Assembly (NCBI GenBank): GCA_973851085.1
Contig: OZ316776.1
Location: forward strand, 6,324,001 to 6,388,000
Reading direction: 5' to 3'
Source: Ptychomitrium polyphyllum
Taxonomy: Eukaryota
Length of the DNA stretch: 64,000 bases
Under the pieces are notes generated by a model, which worked only from the letters and a program-made list of their open reading frames with translations, had not been told where the DNA came from and did no database searches. Positions within the stretch are counted from its first letter, which is position 1. Each line of letters begins with the position of its first letter. Made by a program: the position numbers and the translations under genes. Shown piece by piece: positions 1 through 13,500 of this stretch.

Positions 1-44
1 TTCAACATGCCTTGTCACGCGAAGAGAAGAAACAAAATAATCAC

Positions 45-240
45 CGTGAGTGTCACCCAAGCAAGGCGGATTCAGCGTCGCCGAGGTATCATACTGCGGA
101 GCAAGCACCTTCCACAACAAGAACAAGCTCAAAACCAGAATGCGAGACAACACAGCAAGCTTCACAACGCGGATTCCAACCCTCGCCCCAACTCCACCTT
201 TACCTCCATCCCCTCCACTCCTCACCATCTCCATCCCCAT
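45..240 (-). CDS. PIGV: First coding exon of GPI mannosyltransferase 2 (PIG-V/GPI18-like); the gene continues beyond the left window edge
   Basis: Manual translation from ATG at 240 gives MGMEMVRSGGDGGKGGVGARVGIRVVKLAVLSRILVLSLFLLWKVLAPQYDTSATLNPPCLGDTH. The TM helix followed by YDTSAxLNPPCL matches the N-terminus of plant PIG-V as recalled. Possible GT donor at 44-43. Absent from the ORF track because no stop occurs within the window. Confidence 0.8.
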
Positions 241-326
241 CTTCCAACCCGTCTCCTCCCAAAACTCATCCTCCCACAACCCCTTCCCTCAAAACCCTTA
301 AACCCTAAACCCAACTCTCACGACAA

Positions 327-353
327 CATCATCATCATCATCATCATCATCAT
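327..353. repeat. (CAT)9 microsatellite
   Basis: Nine perfect CAT units. Confidence 0.95.
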
Positions 354-630
354 CTCTCCGCCAATACCACCCTTCCACATGCCAACTGCCATCAACCACT
401 GCACTCCAACCAGCACTCCCTCACTCTACCTCGCCCTACCATAACTGAAACGACTGGTTAGCATCGATCTCATGGTCGTTGAGATGCAAAGATGGTTTCT
501 GACTGAGAGACACAACACTGAGAACATACTTCGGTGAGCCCAAATGGAAAAAGAGGGAAAGGGAATGCAAGAGCATGGATCTGATCTGATCAGTATGGGT
601 GTCTAGATCTACACACTCTGCTAGCAACAC

Positions 631-649
631 TGTGTGTGTGTGTGTGTGT
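631..649. repeat. (TG)n microsatellite
   Basis: tgtgtgtgtgtgtgtgtgt. Confidence 0.95.
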
Positions 650-3600
650 ATATTTTACAAGTGGAAGTGATCTGTGGTGCGGGTATATGCAGTTGTGCCG
701 TGGGTATCATATTGGCATCGGGTGAGATCCGGCTGGTACCTGCTGTATCCTTGCAGCCAGATTCTCACTGGTATTATTCTCAGGCTTGACCCTACTTGTA
801 GGCAGCAGTGTTTTCCAGAGTTATGGAACGGAATCGACGCCGGCCACGTGGCTCCAGCTCAACCCAACTAGTGATTGGCCATTGTGAAAGAACAGGTTCT
901 TCAGCTCCTTGACTGATAAATTTCAGATTTGACTTCCTGAAAAGTTATGAGCTATTGTAGATCTCTACAAAATAAAATTCATGGCCTTCATGGTCTTGAA
1001 GTAGGCTTGTTTACACACTTCAGTAGATGAATTCATTGAAACCCAATGGCCTGGTATTGCAATCATAGCATTTGATGAATAAAAATGTTACAGAAATGTG
1101 TTGTGTAAATCTAAAGAATGATATTTAATACACTATATCTTGTAGTATATATGTCCAATGAATCTAAATTTTTTGGTGGTGATGAGCAATAAGCAAGAAG
1201 ATATGGTCTTTGAAGTAGGACTAGTCCAAGCTAAAACGAAGAGATGATGGAAAATATTTAGAGTTTGAAGTGTAGCAGTTTCAAGAGGTGGAAGACAAGT
1301 GGAGAACAAGTGAAAGGAACATGTAGTGGAAAAGACAAATTATATTTTTTTACTCATTCATCCCATTGTGTAATCTATGTTGCACATTGAATAAAAAATC
1401 TTCATTCTTATATTATAATAAAATTTAAAAACTTTATTAAATTTTTAATTACTTTCACTAATTTTGTTGTTTACATTTTTATTTTATTTTCAAAGGTTTT
1501 TTAATTTTAAATCCAATTTATTCATAAAAATTTGTAACATAATCTATTATAATAATATCAAAAAATAAAAGTCATATATTGGTTGTACAGTAAATTAAAA
1601 ATGGTCTATTTCTTAAGTGATTTAAATTTAAAAAATCAAAATGAAAAGACATTTTTAAAAATACAAACTATTGAAAGGATCACACATTTAAATTTGTAAA
1701 GAAGTACTGTTCTTTAAGAATATTATAGAGATAAATGAAAATTTATCATATATAGTATTCAAAATAAATCAACACCTTTATTAAGTGATTCATGATAATT
1801 AAGTAATAAGTGTTTGAAGATGAGTATATTAGCATAAAGGTGTTAAGTCATCTTTAGAGGATGAATCATTATTCATTTTTAAAAAAAGTATAAAAATGCT
1901 TCATTTCTAAATAATGATTTTTTTTACTTTAATAAATAAGCACCTCATTTTATAAAGTTGATTTTTAACTTGTCTTCTTCAAAAATAGATTCTTGTGACA
2001 TCTTCCAATTTTTTTAGAACAAAAAAATAAAAATTACAATAATTAATTTAACTTTAAAAAAAATATTATTATTACTGTTTTATTTTTTTGATTTTAAAAA
2101 CTAAAAATTGAGTGCTAGTAATATAATATACATCTCTAAACAAAACCAACTTCATACAACTTAATTTCTTGCTTAATATAACACAATATATGTTAAATTC
2201 CAAAAGAATCTATAGAAAATATAAAATGAATTTTTTTAAGATTGTAAAAATAAAAAAATTGTAAATATCTTTGCCATTGGTTTGTATTGAATGTATAAGT
2301 CTTTATGAATTGTTTGCATCAATCAAGAATATACAATAAAAATTTGATTTATATATAATCATCATTAATATTAAAATAATGTAAAAGGTTGTTTTGAATT
2401 AAGATTAAATTGGAATAATATCAAGTCACTTAAATATGATATTTAAAGTAATATTCATAACACTCTTTTATCAATTGAGGTGGTTCATCCTTAAATAATC
2501 AACAATATAATTGTGAATTCAATGAAAATAAACACGGCTATTATTAAAATAGGAAATTTTTCTACTTCAGTTATCAAATTAGAAACCATAGTCATTAGAG
2601 AAAAAAGAATTCAAATATGTTTTAAAATAAAATATTTATACTTTATTTAAAAAAGCTATGAACGTTTAAAATTAAAAATCTTGGAGGTTCATCTTCCTTT
2701 GATTTAAGTGACTTACAACTTTCTTAGAGAACATTAAATTGATTTTTTATATCAAAGATGTATACTAAATGCATTACACATAATCAAATTATAATATGGA
2801 TTTTTTTTTCAATCTATACTTTTAATAATTTTATAAAATTGAGTTCAAATATTTCTTTGGTATAATAATTTTGCAAAAATTTGAATCACATCCAAGTTTA
2901 TTATTCATGTATTGTACTATGAATACTTTGGCTTGGAATGATATACTTTACATTAATTATAACAATTATGTTGCTAGAGAACATTCAAATTGCAATGATA
3001 ATTTAATGCCTGTAATGGCCTGTAAAGTGCAATGAGTTACAAGAATGGAAGATGCATCCATAAGCACTATGGCTCATATAAGAACGTTGTAAATTACACA
3101 AATCATAAAAAGTTTCCCTTACAATGAAAATCCTTGCATAGAAAAAAACCATCCACATTCTCTTTTCCAATCCTACAAGGCAAAAGGCAAAGTTAGTGAA
3201 TGCTATATAATATTCCACTATCAATTCAAAAAGATCCTTCATGCATAATCATCCTTTGACTGTTTTACTCTCCTCCCAAATAATTCACACATTTTTTGGA
3301 AGGGCATGCCACATGTACAACTTATTCAACTTTTTGCTGAATCCAATAATTTCCAAAAGCAGTGCAGATCCGCGAACACAAATACCAACTCCCTAAAACC
3401 AAAAGGCTCATGTCCTAACTGAAGACTCATTCTCATTGCAGATTATTCTTCAACCAAAGGCTCCTGTCCTAACTGAGGACTTTGGAGTACAGGAGAATAT
3501 CCGGACTCAGGCAGCTAGACATACCACACAAAAGGCCCTCAACTCTAAACAGCCCCTCAGATTGCAAATGTTCGTTGACAAGTGGTGGCGAATGAGAACA

Positions 3601-4129
3601 ATTGTTGACGATTGATGACGACTGTTTGCACGATGTTGATGTCATTTGATGATAATGTTTGCACGGTGCATGCACCCATATTGCTTACAATCCGCCAGGA
3701 ATCCTGGAACTGCATGAAATTCTTATCGGCAGTGTCTACTGCATGGACGAAACTTCTTGGTGGTTCCGTGTGTGAAAATTATGGCTTTTGGTTCTGGTTG
3801 ATAAGTTGGGTTGAATGATTAGCAGTTTGACAGTCTGTTGAGGACTGGTTGTGGTTGAAGATGAGTTTGCAGCAGAGCCTCGCAGCTTACATTCAGGCAT
3901 ATTGCCAGCACTGCTGGATCATCAGATCTAGAATGCTAGATTATGGGACGTTTTGCTAGATACGGAATGATCTTTTTGGTCGGTGTTAAAGGCATGGCGT
4001 TGCTTTTGGGGACGTGGTGTTGCTAGACCCGGATGATGTATTTGGTTGGTATTAGAAGCGTGACTATCGGGGTACATGGTGTTGTTAGATTCAGCGTGGT
4101 CTCCTTGGTCTTTATTGAAGTTTGGCTAT

Positions 4130-7100
4130 GGGGGACATGGAGGAGGACACATTAGGGGTGTGAAGACTTGGAGAAAGGCGGAGCCTTGTGGAAGCAAACA
4201 GAGAATCAAAGAATTAGCAATATGGTAGTGTTCACAGTAGAGAGGTAAGATGCTCTGTTATTTTCTTTTGATTCTACTGTCGCCTGGCTGGACATGAACT
4301 CAGACCATTGGGTTGTTTGTTTGGAGGTTTTGTAGGGAGTATCTGAGACCTAATTTATGCAGGTATATAATCTCACACATGGCTTACCGCCTCTTGTGCC
4401 AAGTTTGGACCCAGAGCTGAGTGTCTATACAGAAGTGGCCAAGGCAGCACCTACCAAAATGGTCAGTAAACTCTGTCCTTGCATCTCCCTTGATGATTTT
4501 TGCAGCTTCAGTGTGTCTTGTTGGGTGGAAGAGAAGCAATGTGATGAGTTGGAAAGTGTTCCTGCTGGAACCCTAAATTCAAAACACAACAAATTAGGGT
4601 ATTTTAAAATGAGACCCCAGCTGGTGGCCGATTACGTCTAATAAAATTTTGGTTTTGTTATTGTTTCCGGAGGTCGTGAGTCCTTGGTGGCTAGCTAGAG
4701 CACCTGGAACTCCACTTTCGAATAACTTAGTTTGGAGCTCAACGTGTAGTGTCATGAATGCAGTGATACTAAATTTCCCTGTTGAATCTGGCCTTAACTA
4801 TTTTGGGCTCATTGACTAGCTCATGATAGGATACCTTGCATAATGTGTATTGGACAAAGTGGGCAGTTTGCTTTGAATCGATTAAACATGTTGCATTCCT
4901 GATGACCAAAGGTGAAGCATGTTGTTCAGGTTACAACTTTTTAGCAGTTGACTTCCTTACACACTGATGCTGTACAGAGCGTTTCCAAGGAGATACTGAA
5001 AGGATTGTTTAATGTTGCGACTTGAAAGGCTTTGTGGATGTTCCAGTGTCATATGATGAATCTAGATGCAGCTATCTTTGAAAATTACAAACGTGTTTCA
5101 ATATGTGCAACCGCTGCTTGCACAGAATTGGAGGGTTTCCCTGGGTAGTGATGGTGAGTCTTTCTTTATCCTTTAGTGTTGCTACTGCATGAACATGCGT
5201 CACAATTGCTGTAAGCAGAGTAATTGAGCTAGGCAGAGTGTAACTGATTGGATCGCTCTCAAGCAGAGTGATGAAGCTCAACTGTGTTTGATGCCCTTTT
5301 CTCTGAAGTATGGGTTTTGGTTCTGGCCTTGTGGAGCGTGAACAGAAGCGGAAGGTATATTGCATCATTGTGCCATTCGTGCTTATAACTTTAGTTCATT
5401 CTGACGCGTCTTGCTTCGAGATAAAATCAATATTCGAGGTTTGTTGACGTTTTCTGACTATTGCAGTCTGTAGCCAGATTTCAAGAGTTACCGACATGGA
5501 TCCTCAGCCACTTGTAAACGAAGAAACAGGGTAGAGGGTTTTGAGGATGATACTCTAGAACGTTCAGAAAACCACAATTTATCATGTACTAAAGATCTTA
5601 AGCCCTTCTTTTTGGACCACTGTACAAAGTTGAGTCATAATTCTCTTGATATATGGAGCTTAGGAGAAATGTGATTCCCTCTCTGCTCCACTTCCATGTA
5701 CATATGTACACTACCTTGATGGGTTGTTGTTTTGTTAGGTCGTTTTTTAAGGAGTACGTTTGCCTCTTGTCAGTACTTTAATGAGTCACGTCTTCTTTCA
5801 AGGAAACGTTGAGTCCATCCATTGGGCAGAGGTACTTCGAGTTTCATCCTTCACGATCCAGGTAGTCTCTCACCGATTAATTCAGTAGCTTGCATGACGT
5901 CCTTGTAATTCGGTTCTTCCACCTTTTGGGCTGCTAATTTATGGTTCAATTAGTGTGGTTCTTGTTCATTGCACTCTTTTTTCTTCAGCTTGGGAAAAAT
6001 CGAACACCCTTAATTTTTTTTAAATGGAAGAATATGAAGAATGCTCTGTATTAAGTTGGCAGCGAGCTTTGTAAGTCGACTGGCCCTTATTTTCAAAGTT
6101 GCTCCTCCCTCATTCTTTGAGCACGACAGATTTAACGCATCAACTTTGTCTCAAGGAGATCAAGGAGGTCAAGTTTGTTTGAAGTTAATGATTTCGAGGT
6201 TGCATGTGTTAATGTCATGAGTCTTCGTGCTATGCCGCCATATCTACTGAATTTTCTCCAGATTCACTCATCTATGACTTTTCCATTAAGCCGCACGTTT
6301 GGCAAAACATGTGATAAACATCTAGTAAAATACGTGCACATCAAGAAGCACGCATGACGCACATCTAGAAAATCTCATAATGCGCATCTCATTCAACAAC
6401 ATATTAAGCTTCTGCCCACATTTCTGCCCGATAGACATACTAATGAAGCTCAGAGTAATAACAGAAATTTTGAATAATATATGATTTTGACTATTTTGAT
6501 TGTTCATATTTCTGTACAATTAATGGATGCTGTGCCATCTATAGACTCACAGAATTCAAACCATTCAACACAACATCCATCTAAATCTAAGGACAATTTC
6601 AAATCACCGGCCAAGTTTGCGTAGCAAGTTGCAGATGCACGCAGCCCTCGTTTAATTCCTCGTCAGCATACGGACTTCTTATGGTAGGATCTCAACTCCC
6701 CGTTAGCATTTGAAGAGCTCCCATCGTAACAAGTCCCTACGTCGTGAAGTCTCTGCAACTATCGAATTGAATACACCAGAGCATTTACAAAGCCTCGGTG
6801 AATCAATCCATACGCACTGTGCAGCTTGTAAATATAATGTAATGACTGACTCCTGGCAATACTACCTGGAGAGGTAAGTTTGTAGTACCTAGATAATCAT
6901 TTGACACATGATTTGTGACTGATGGGAATGATCATGATACTCCACCACTTGGTAGTCTCAAACTGTACTCTAGTTACCAGGTTCTCTCTGACCCTTTTCT
7001 TCCAGGTTTCTTATCAATGTGAGTATTAATAAGGATTGCAAATCAACGTACACATCGACGAGGCTATTGAACCTTGAAGTAGCGTCGGATGAGCTCCTTG

Positions 7101-7530
7101 AAACCGGTTCAGAATCAAATTGATCTGCTCAAAGCTGCAAAACCTTAGACACCGCAAACTAAGATATTGAGGACCAAACGACTAATCTCAAGCAAGTTAG
7201 GCTTATTGCTAGTCCATTACAATTAAGAGGAGAAATTCTCAGAAGCTTTAGAGTCCAGACAGACCAGTATCTTCGAATCAAGTCGTTCAGGGCAAGTGAT
7301 TTCCACCCCCAGAACCGGGGGCAGTTCAATAATTTCAGGGTACCCCAGATGTCCACAAACGTACAGTCCTGACTTCCTGTACTCATGTTTTCTGCATAAT
7401 TCAAATGGCCGGAATCTTGTCAAATCCTGATTAGAACAGGTCGGAACGAGCTGGAAAAGCTAATCACTTGCTACAGTGACTCCACTGATTCCTCACTCGG
7501 GGTACCTGATTGTTCTCTCGGCTTGACTTC
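4130..7530 (+). pseudogene. Degenerate multi-exon gene of unknown function, copy 1
   Basis: GT-AG intron-like segments (e.g. 4246-4362, 6874-7005). Homologous to 12155-13500 plus 47570-48612. The terminal frame 7227-7430 (...SIISGYPRCPQTYSPDFLYSCFLHNSNGRNLVKS*) differs from copy 2 largely by synonymous changes. Stops occur upstream. Boundaries approximate. Confidence 0.45.
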
Positions 7531-8166
7531 GGCCTTTAGACATAACCACAAGGACTCTTCAAAAGTCTCAGTTTTTGCTACTTCTCCTACAACTACTAAT
7601 TAACTGTGGGCTACCTAACTAATTAGCTACTACCTACCCCTTAGCCTTATTCTCAAACTAGAACCCTTCAGATAAGTGCCACAACCCTGAAAAAAAACCA
7701 TCGCCTTAACCCACCCCGACAGTCACTCAGGTAGTATAATCATCACTACCCCAGTAATCAGCCAACTAAACCCCACCTGCAGACCAGATACGGTTCAATT
7801 CACGGGAATAGGGAACGTCGACATACGCCTGGATCATGCTAACTAGAACTCTCAAGGCTGCCTACACTATCATGTACATAAAAAGTCATAAGAAATTGTT
7901 CAAAGAAGGTTCCGTGAATTAAAATACCTTGTCCACTGGATTCACCACAAGAAATTGGGCTCCGGGAGCGCCGAGGTTGTAAACCTGCATCCCATGCATC
8001 ATGTGGCTCACTCACCCAGTGACATGATTTAAAAAACCAGCTCCAGTGACGTCATACCTCGATCGTCGACATGGACATGGCCACACACGAATGGACAATT
8101 ATGATGATGTTGATTGTGGTTGTTCGATCGGTTTGCGACCTCCTCATCAAGATGGATTGGAACACT

Positions 8167-9003
8167 CTAGTAAGGTTGTGGCCGATGCGCTTGACCGCCG
8201 CCAGACGCCCACTGACTAAGCACATCCTGCGCCGTCGTCAATTGTGTCGTCAGGTTGGGATTGCTGCCCTGTGGAACTATATTGTACAAAGATTGTAATG
8301 CCGTAGAGGGGTTGTACGAGGATGTCAAGTCCGGCGCTTGCATTGCCGGGGCGCCGGAGGTGGGCAGCGACGGCTCGTCGTCATCTGGGAGCGGTAGACG
8401 ATCATAGGTGGCGCCGGTGAATGACGTCGCCACGACGACGACGGGGCTGGCCGCTGTGAGCGCGCCCACAACGCTGCCGCCAAGGACTTGGCCAGACGTG
8501 CCAGCGAAAGAGATGGTGAGACCGGTGGGCGGGGTGGGCGACGGGGGAGGCAGGTAGGATCCGGAGAGGGAGATGATCTCGAAGCGGCCGTGGTGGACGG
8601 TGGCGCCGGGAGTGGTGGGGTGGCGCAGCGTGACATTCGTGACGGTCCCGCTCCCACCCATGACACAAACGCCGCGCTGGCGCCGCCGGGCGAAATCTGC
8701 GACGCTCTCCCAGACGTCGTGGCCACTGGCGACTTCCAGGAGGTGAGGACGCATGGCGTTGCCATTTTCCCGGGTGATGATCACGGGCGGTTTAGGTTTA
8801 TTCTTCGACCCCGGCGGACGACCTCGCGGCTTGCGAGATGGCTCCCCAGGACCAGGCGGCGGTTTGGTGCGCCCTTTGCTGCGTTTCCTCGGTCTGCCAG
8901 GCACACTGCTCCCGCTGCCTTGTTCCTCGTCCGACGAGTTCGTGCCGCCAGGCGGGGATGGCCGCGACGCCGCCTCCGCTCCACCCTCCCCGACCCCGGC
9001 CAT
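8167..9003 (-). CDS. AT-hook motif nuclear-localized protein (AHL, clade A type, single AT-hook + PPC/DUF296), intronless, 278 aa
   Basis: [25 protein letters not shown]-hook; PPC motif [16 protein letters not shown]...[10 protein letters not shown]. First in-frame ATG is at 9003 (MAGV); the ORF-track start at 9117 is a GTG. Confidence 0.93.
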   Translation of the reverse strand: MAGVGEGGAEAASRPSPPGGTNSSDEEQGSGSSVPGRPRKRSKGRTKPPPGPGEPSRKPRGRPPGSKNKPKPPVIITRENGNAMRPHLLEVASGHDVWESVADFARRRQRGVCVMGGSGTVTNVTLRHPTTPGATVHHGRFEIISLSGSYLPPPSPTPPTGLTISFAGTSGQVLGGSVVGALTAASPVVVVATSFTGATYDRLPLPDDDEPSLPTSGAPAMQAPDLTSSYNPSTALQSLYNIVPQGSNPNLTTQLTTAQDVLSQWASGGGQAHRPQPY

Positions 9004-10097
9004 AAACACATGCCCGAACTCCGCCGGCGACTCTCGCTGTTGCTGCTTATGCCGCTCCTCCCAGGGCTTCTCGTAGTGGCCCCTCACGAACCCCCACGGT
9101 GCGTCAATCTGAGTCACTTTATACGAAGTTAGGGTCGCCAGCGTTCACACTCGGTCTATCACCACACAAGTAGAGTCCAGCCTCACAACCAACAACACGG
9201 AGATGCGAGAAACACTTACTTCTTGCCTCCTCGATCGACTCTAGTCTCAAAGCTGCCAGGCCGCTTTAATTCTTTGAGTGAGGACGATCCAACAACAAAA
9301 CCACGCGGGTATCACTTTGGGTCTTGACCAGGCCCACCAGCACCGTGGAGCATGGTGCAGCCGCGACTCCTAGATTGATACCAAATTGATGCTCCCTTCC
9401 ATCAGGATCTACATCACGCAACAGGATACCTCTTTCCCAGAACAAAAGGTGCCAGGAGAATTTTGATGCTCGCGAATCTGAGTCGTCGCTGGCTAGCTGT
9501 TAAGTTCAAGCGACGGAGATTGAGAATACGAAACGGACAGAAGGGGATGGTGATCGATGTTTGATCACGCAAGAAACTGTTTTCAGCCTAGAAGACCATG
9601 CGGTTAGGCAAAATCCCACCCGAATTGAGGCTGGCTTAGAATTGAGACACGAGAACCTGCATGACTTCAACCGCTTCCTTGACAACGAATATCGCTACGA
9701 ACCCCAGGTATGCTTGGAAACGAATCACCAGGTGCCGCCAGGGAGGTGGAAGGACTTGGAAGCACAAAAAGAGCAAAGGCTCACGACGGATCTCGCGACC
9801 AGTGGCCACTAGATGTCGACCTGCACAAAAATATGGTAAACTACCCCAGATCGTGCCCACGTACTACTAGGATCAGATATTGCCAGAGCTCGCACCAGAA
9901 AGCTTCCACCAGGAAAACTACAAACTACGGGCCCCGCTACGGATCCACACCACCACCACCGATCGATTCGGAGGAGCCAGTCAGTGAAGTGGGGCGCCCA
10001 GCGTCCTCCGAAATTCCCAACTCCTCACTTAAAAGCCTGCACCCACAGCTCGTCCAGCTCTTTACCACCAACACATCACCACCCAGTGAACTCGCAG

Positions 10098-10133
10098 CAG
10101 CTAAGCTAGCTAGCTTAGCTTAGCTTAGCTTAG
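10098..10133. repeat. (TTAGC/CTAG)n short tandem repeat
   Basis: agctaagctagctagcttagcttagcttagcttag. Confidence 0.75.
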
Positions 10134-12154
10134 ACCCGCCGTACTCACAACGACGTCACGGAACCCCACCAGAAGAGAAGTAGTCTGTACAACATCAACA
10201 CTCCCGGATCAACACTCGCCGCACATACGTCTGTCGCATCGCACATACCGTGCCACCCTAGCGCCAGACGCCTCATAAAAGCCCCTTCGACGCCCAGTCC
10301 AGCCGAGGTCCGTGTCAGGATATGCAGTCGCGAGTGACAGGCGACCCCTGCCAGGCCCACGAGGACTGCGACCTTGGGAGGCACTGTAGAGCGCAGGCTC
10401 CGGCCCTGGGGCCTGCAGGGAATGGGAAGGCGCGCGCGGAGCTGAAGACCGTTTGCAGCGTCGTCACAGGTTCTGCCGCAGACCGGGGCGTGCAATCCAT
10501 GCCACGACACGCGACGCGAATCCACGAGCGCTCGCGACGCCCCCAGGCTTGGACTCGACTATGGACGAATGACGAGCTTTGACCGCTGTTTACATCCGCC
10601 CCACAAACGAAGACTGGATGAGCCTTTTTGAAGCGCCGCTTCTGGGAGAGTGGGCATAGATTTAGGGTTTAGCAGAATTGGACTTTGGGATGGATCCACT
10701 GATTCCACTGTGAATGTCTCGTTCACAGCAGCCGACGAGCTACAAACAGAGCATCTGGAATCTGTTAAGCTAGTTTTGGATGTCTCACGTATTTAAGTAT
10801 GATAGTCCTCTGTTAATAGACGTCATTTTTGCATCAGTTTCTACTTAACGTCCATGTGACCATGTCGATTCCGCATTTTATGCAGTCCACTCTAATAGCA
10901 GCTAAAGACAAATGGGAGCTGTACTGGTTGTTAAGAATCTCATACTGGGATGAGTCCAAGCGATTTTGGGGCTGCATTTGACTAATTCAGCGCTCGTTTA
11001 GGTCAGTTGATTACCTTCGGAATGTATGTGCCAGCTGATGAATGCTCCGGTGTGGTTGCAGCTGTGATTGATTACCGACATTGGGGTGGAGCGACACCCA
11101 TGGCTGGACATTGTACTTGATAGTGTGAGATTTGGCTTCATGCACTAGGGTTCTGATAGTGAAGGTACTCTCCGGCCCAGTCACACTCCAGGTTCCTTTG
11201 TAACACTTAAACGTTAAGATTAGGAGCTACCGAGTTACTGCGTCAAGATGGTTGTGGTAGTTTTAGGCATTCAAAAATGAGGTCAAGTATTATTGAAGTT
11301 ATAAGCCAGTCATCTTCGGAACGAAACCGAGACAATTTCCAGAATGTTAGTGTTGAATCTACTCGTGAATATATGCAACCGTATTTGAATCCAGTTTATT
11401 CTTACTCTGTTTGTGACGAGCACAGTTCATGCTATTACCACTTTGCGATGACAGGAGGCTTGGATCCCGGCTTGAAGAGATCAACGGGTGCACAGATGAA
11501 GGAGATGGGGGGTACAGAGTACAGAGTCAAACAGATGTACATAAATGCCAGAAGTAAATAAAGGCCAGTAGCCTTCAAAACATCTAACCCTTTAGGGGGC
11601 TGCTCCCTCAGTTACAGTGATTGGTGTACTTAAAGTGATTGACCTAAAAATCCTGATCAGAGCTTCGCTCCAAAACATCGCGTTAAAAAATCAGATAACA
11701 TTTTGCAGTTTTATTCATTTTTGCTGAACTGGGTAGCACTGACCATTCAGTTTGTTCACAGATCTATTGGAAGAGTTGTCCTTTAAAGGCGCCGAATTCC
11801 TTCTTGTACTACTCTAAACAGTATCACGAGTAGCTGGTGGTAAACCGGGGGTACAATCTAACCTGTTGGTAACTGGAGCCTGTAGGTATGTGCCAACAGC
11901 GGCTATCTGTGCTGAGCATCTGGAGCTTCTAGGAGAACTCGTCGATTCACTTCAATTGCAGAGACAAGTGCTGCTTGTCGAGCTGGAGCATTTGCCAGTT
12001 CTTTCTAGATTGGTTTGTACTAAGTACTCATTGCTGTGAGATCTTCATTGTCTTTGTCATTACTTCGAGAACTGTATTAGTTTCAATTATCTGACAATCA
12101 TAGCCCTCTTGTTAAACATTGAGTAGTGCAACACATATAAAGCTTGCCATGTTA

Positions 12155-13500
12155 ATTGCAGGAGAATCTTTAGCCCGAACACCTCTAATTAAGTCACCTT
12201 GAAAATGAAACCCTAGCTGGCGGCTTTCTTCGTCTGATAGAGCTTTTGCTTTCTTGTTTCTAAGGCTCGTGAGTTCGTGGTGGGCTAGCTTGAAGAAGAA
12301 GTATGTTATTTAGGTCAAAGCATTTTAGAAATTGATTTCTTTACATACTGAAGCTGTACAGAGCACTTTCAAGGAAATATATCATTGGATATTTAACGCC
12401 GGTACTAGACAGGTGCTATGGTGTTTTCAAGACTTATATGTGATGAATTTGGATGCAGAGATCTGAAGATGCACTCGGAAACTACAAACGTCTTTCAACC
12501 GCTGCAACCGCTGTTGGCACAGATTTGCAGGATTTCTCTGGCTAGTAGTGGTGAACCTTTCTTCATCAAGAAGTGTTGCTACCAGTTGCACGACCATGGT
12601 TCATATGACTTTGGTGCAGGGGAAGTTTACAGGTACAGTATAATAATTTTACAGGTACAATACTATTACCTTGCCAGGCCCAGTTGCTGTAGGCAGAGTA
12701 ATTAGGCTAGGCAGAGTGTAACTGATTGTATTGCTCTTAAGCAGAGTGATGAAGGTCAACTCTGTTTGATGTCCTTCTCTCAAGTATGGATTTTGGATCA
12801 CAGAGGAGCAAGAGTCTCTGGACGTGGGTGGTGAACAGAAGCGATAGGTACATTCCATCATTGTGCTATTCATGCCTGTAACCTTTGATGGTCCTAACGA
12901 GTTTTTCTTCGACATGCTATCAATACTCTAGGTTTCGTAATATTTACTAGACGATTGCAGGCGACAGCGAGGTTTCAAGAGACACCGATACATGGATTCC
13001 TAGCCATTTTTATAGTAAAGGGACGCAAAGTAGAGGGTTGTGAGAGATGATGCTCTAACGCCATCAGAAAACCGCACATGATCATGCACAGTAGGTTTTG
13101 AGACCTTCCGTTCGGATCACTGTACAATGGTGACTCGCAGTTCTCTTGATACATGGAGCTGGGGAGAGATGTGATCCCCTCTATGCTCCACTCCCATGTA
13201 CATATGTACTCTCTTGACTAGTTGTTTTGGTTAGGTCTTTTTTGAAGCCGTACTTTTGCCTCCTTTCAGTACTTTCCAACTAATATCTTCTTTCAAGGTA
13301 ACGTTGAGTCCATCCAGTGGGCGGAGATACGTCAAGTCATATTCTCCACTATCAAGGTGGTTTCTCACAGACTCATCTGTAGCAACAAAGGGCCACTTGC
13401 ATAACGTCCTTCTCAAAATCGCTTCTCCCACCGTGCGAGCTGCTACTTTGTGGTCCACTTAGTTTGCCTTCAAGATGACTCACAATTCAGAGTTTTCTTG
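12155..13500 (+). pseudogene. Unknown gene copy 2, 5' part (paralogous to about 4560-5990)
   Basis: Colinear similarity, e.g. 'gctaggcagagtgtaactgattg' and 'ttctcttgatayatggagct' occur in both copies. Interrupted at about 13510 by the TE cluster. Confidence 0.55.

Noticed and set aside
7..444. Plus-strand Pro/Ser-rich ORFs
   Set aside because: Antisense to the PIG-V exon and its G-rich leader; low complexity.
4885..4925. CTGATGA...GAA hammerhead-like core
   Set aside because: GAAG instead of GAAA and no stem I can be formed.
8325..9132. Long antisense and alternative-frame ORFs over AHL1 (and 55178-56339 over AHL2)
   Set aside because: Expected shadows of GC-rich coding DNA; no recognisable motifs.
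9371..9392. TGGTATCA PBS-like 8-mer on the minus strand
   Set aside because: Too short; no LTR pair or retroelement coding sequence follows.
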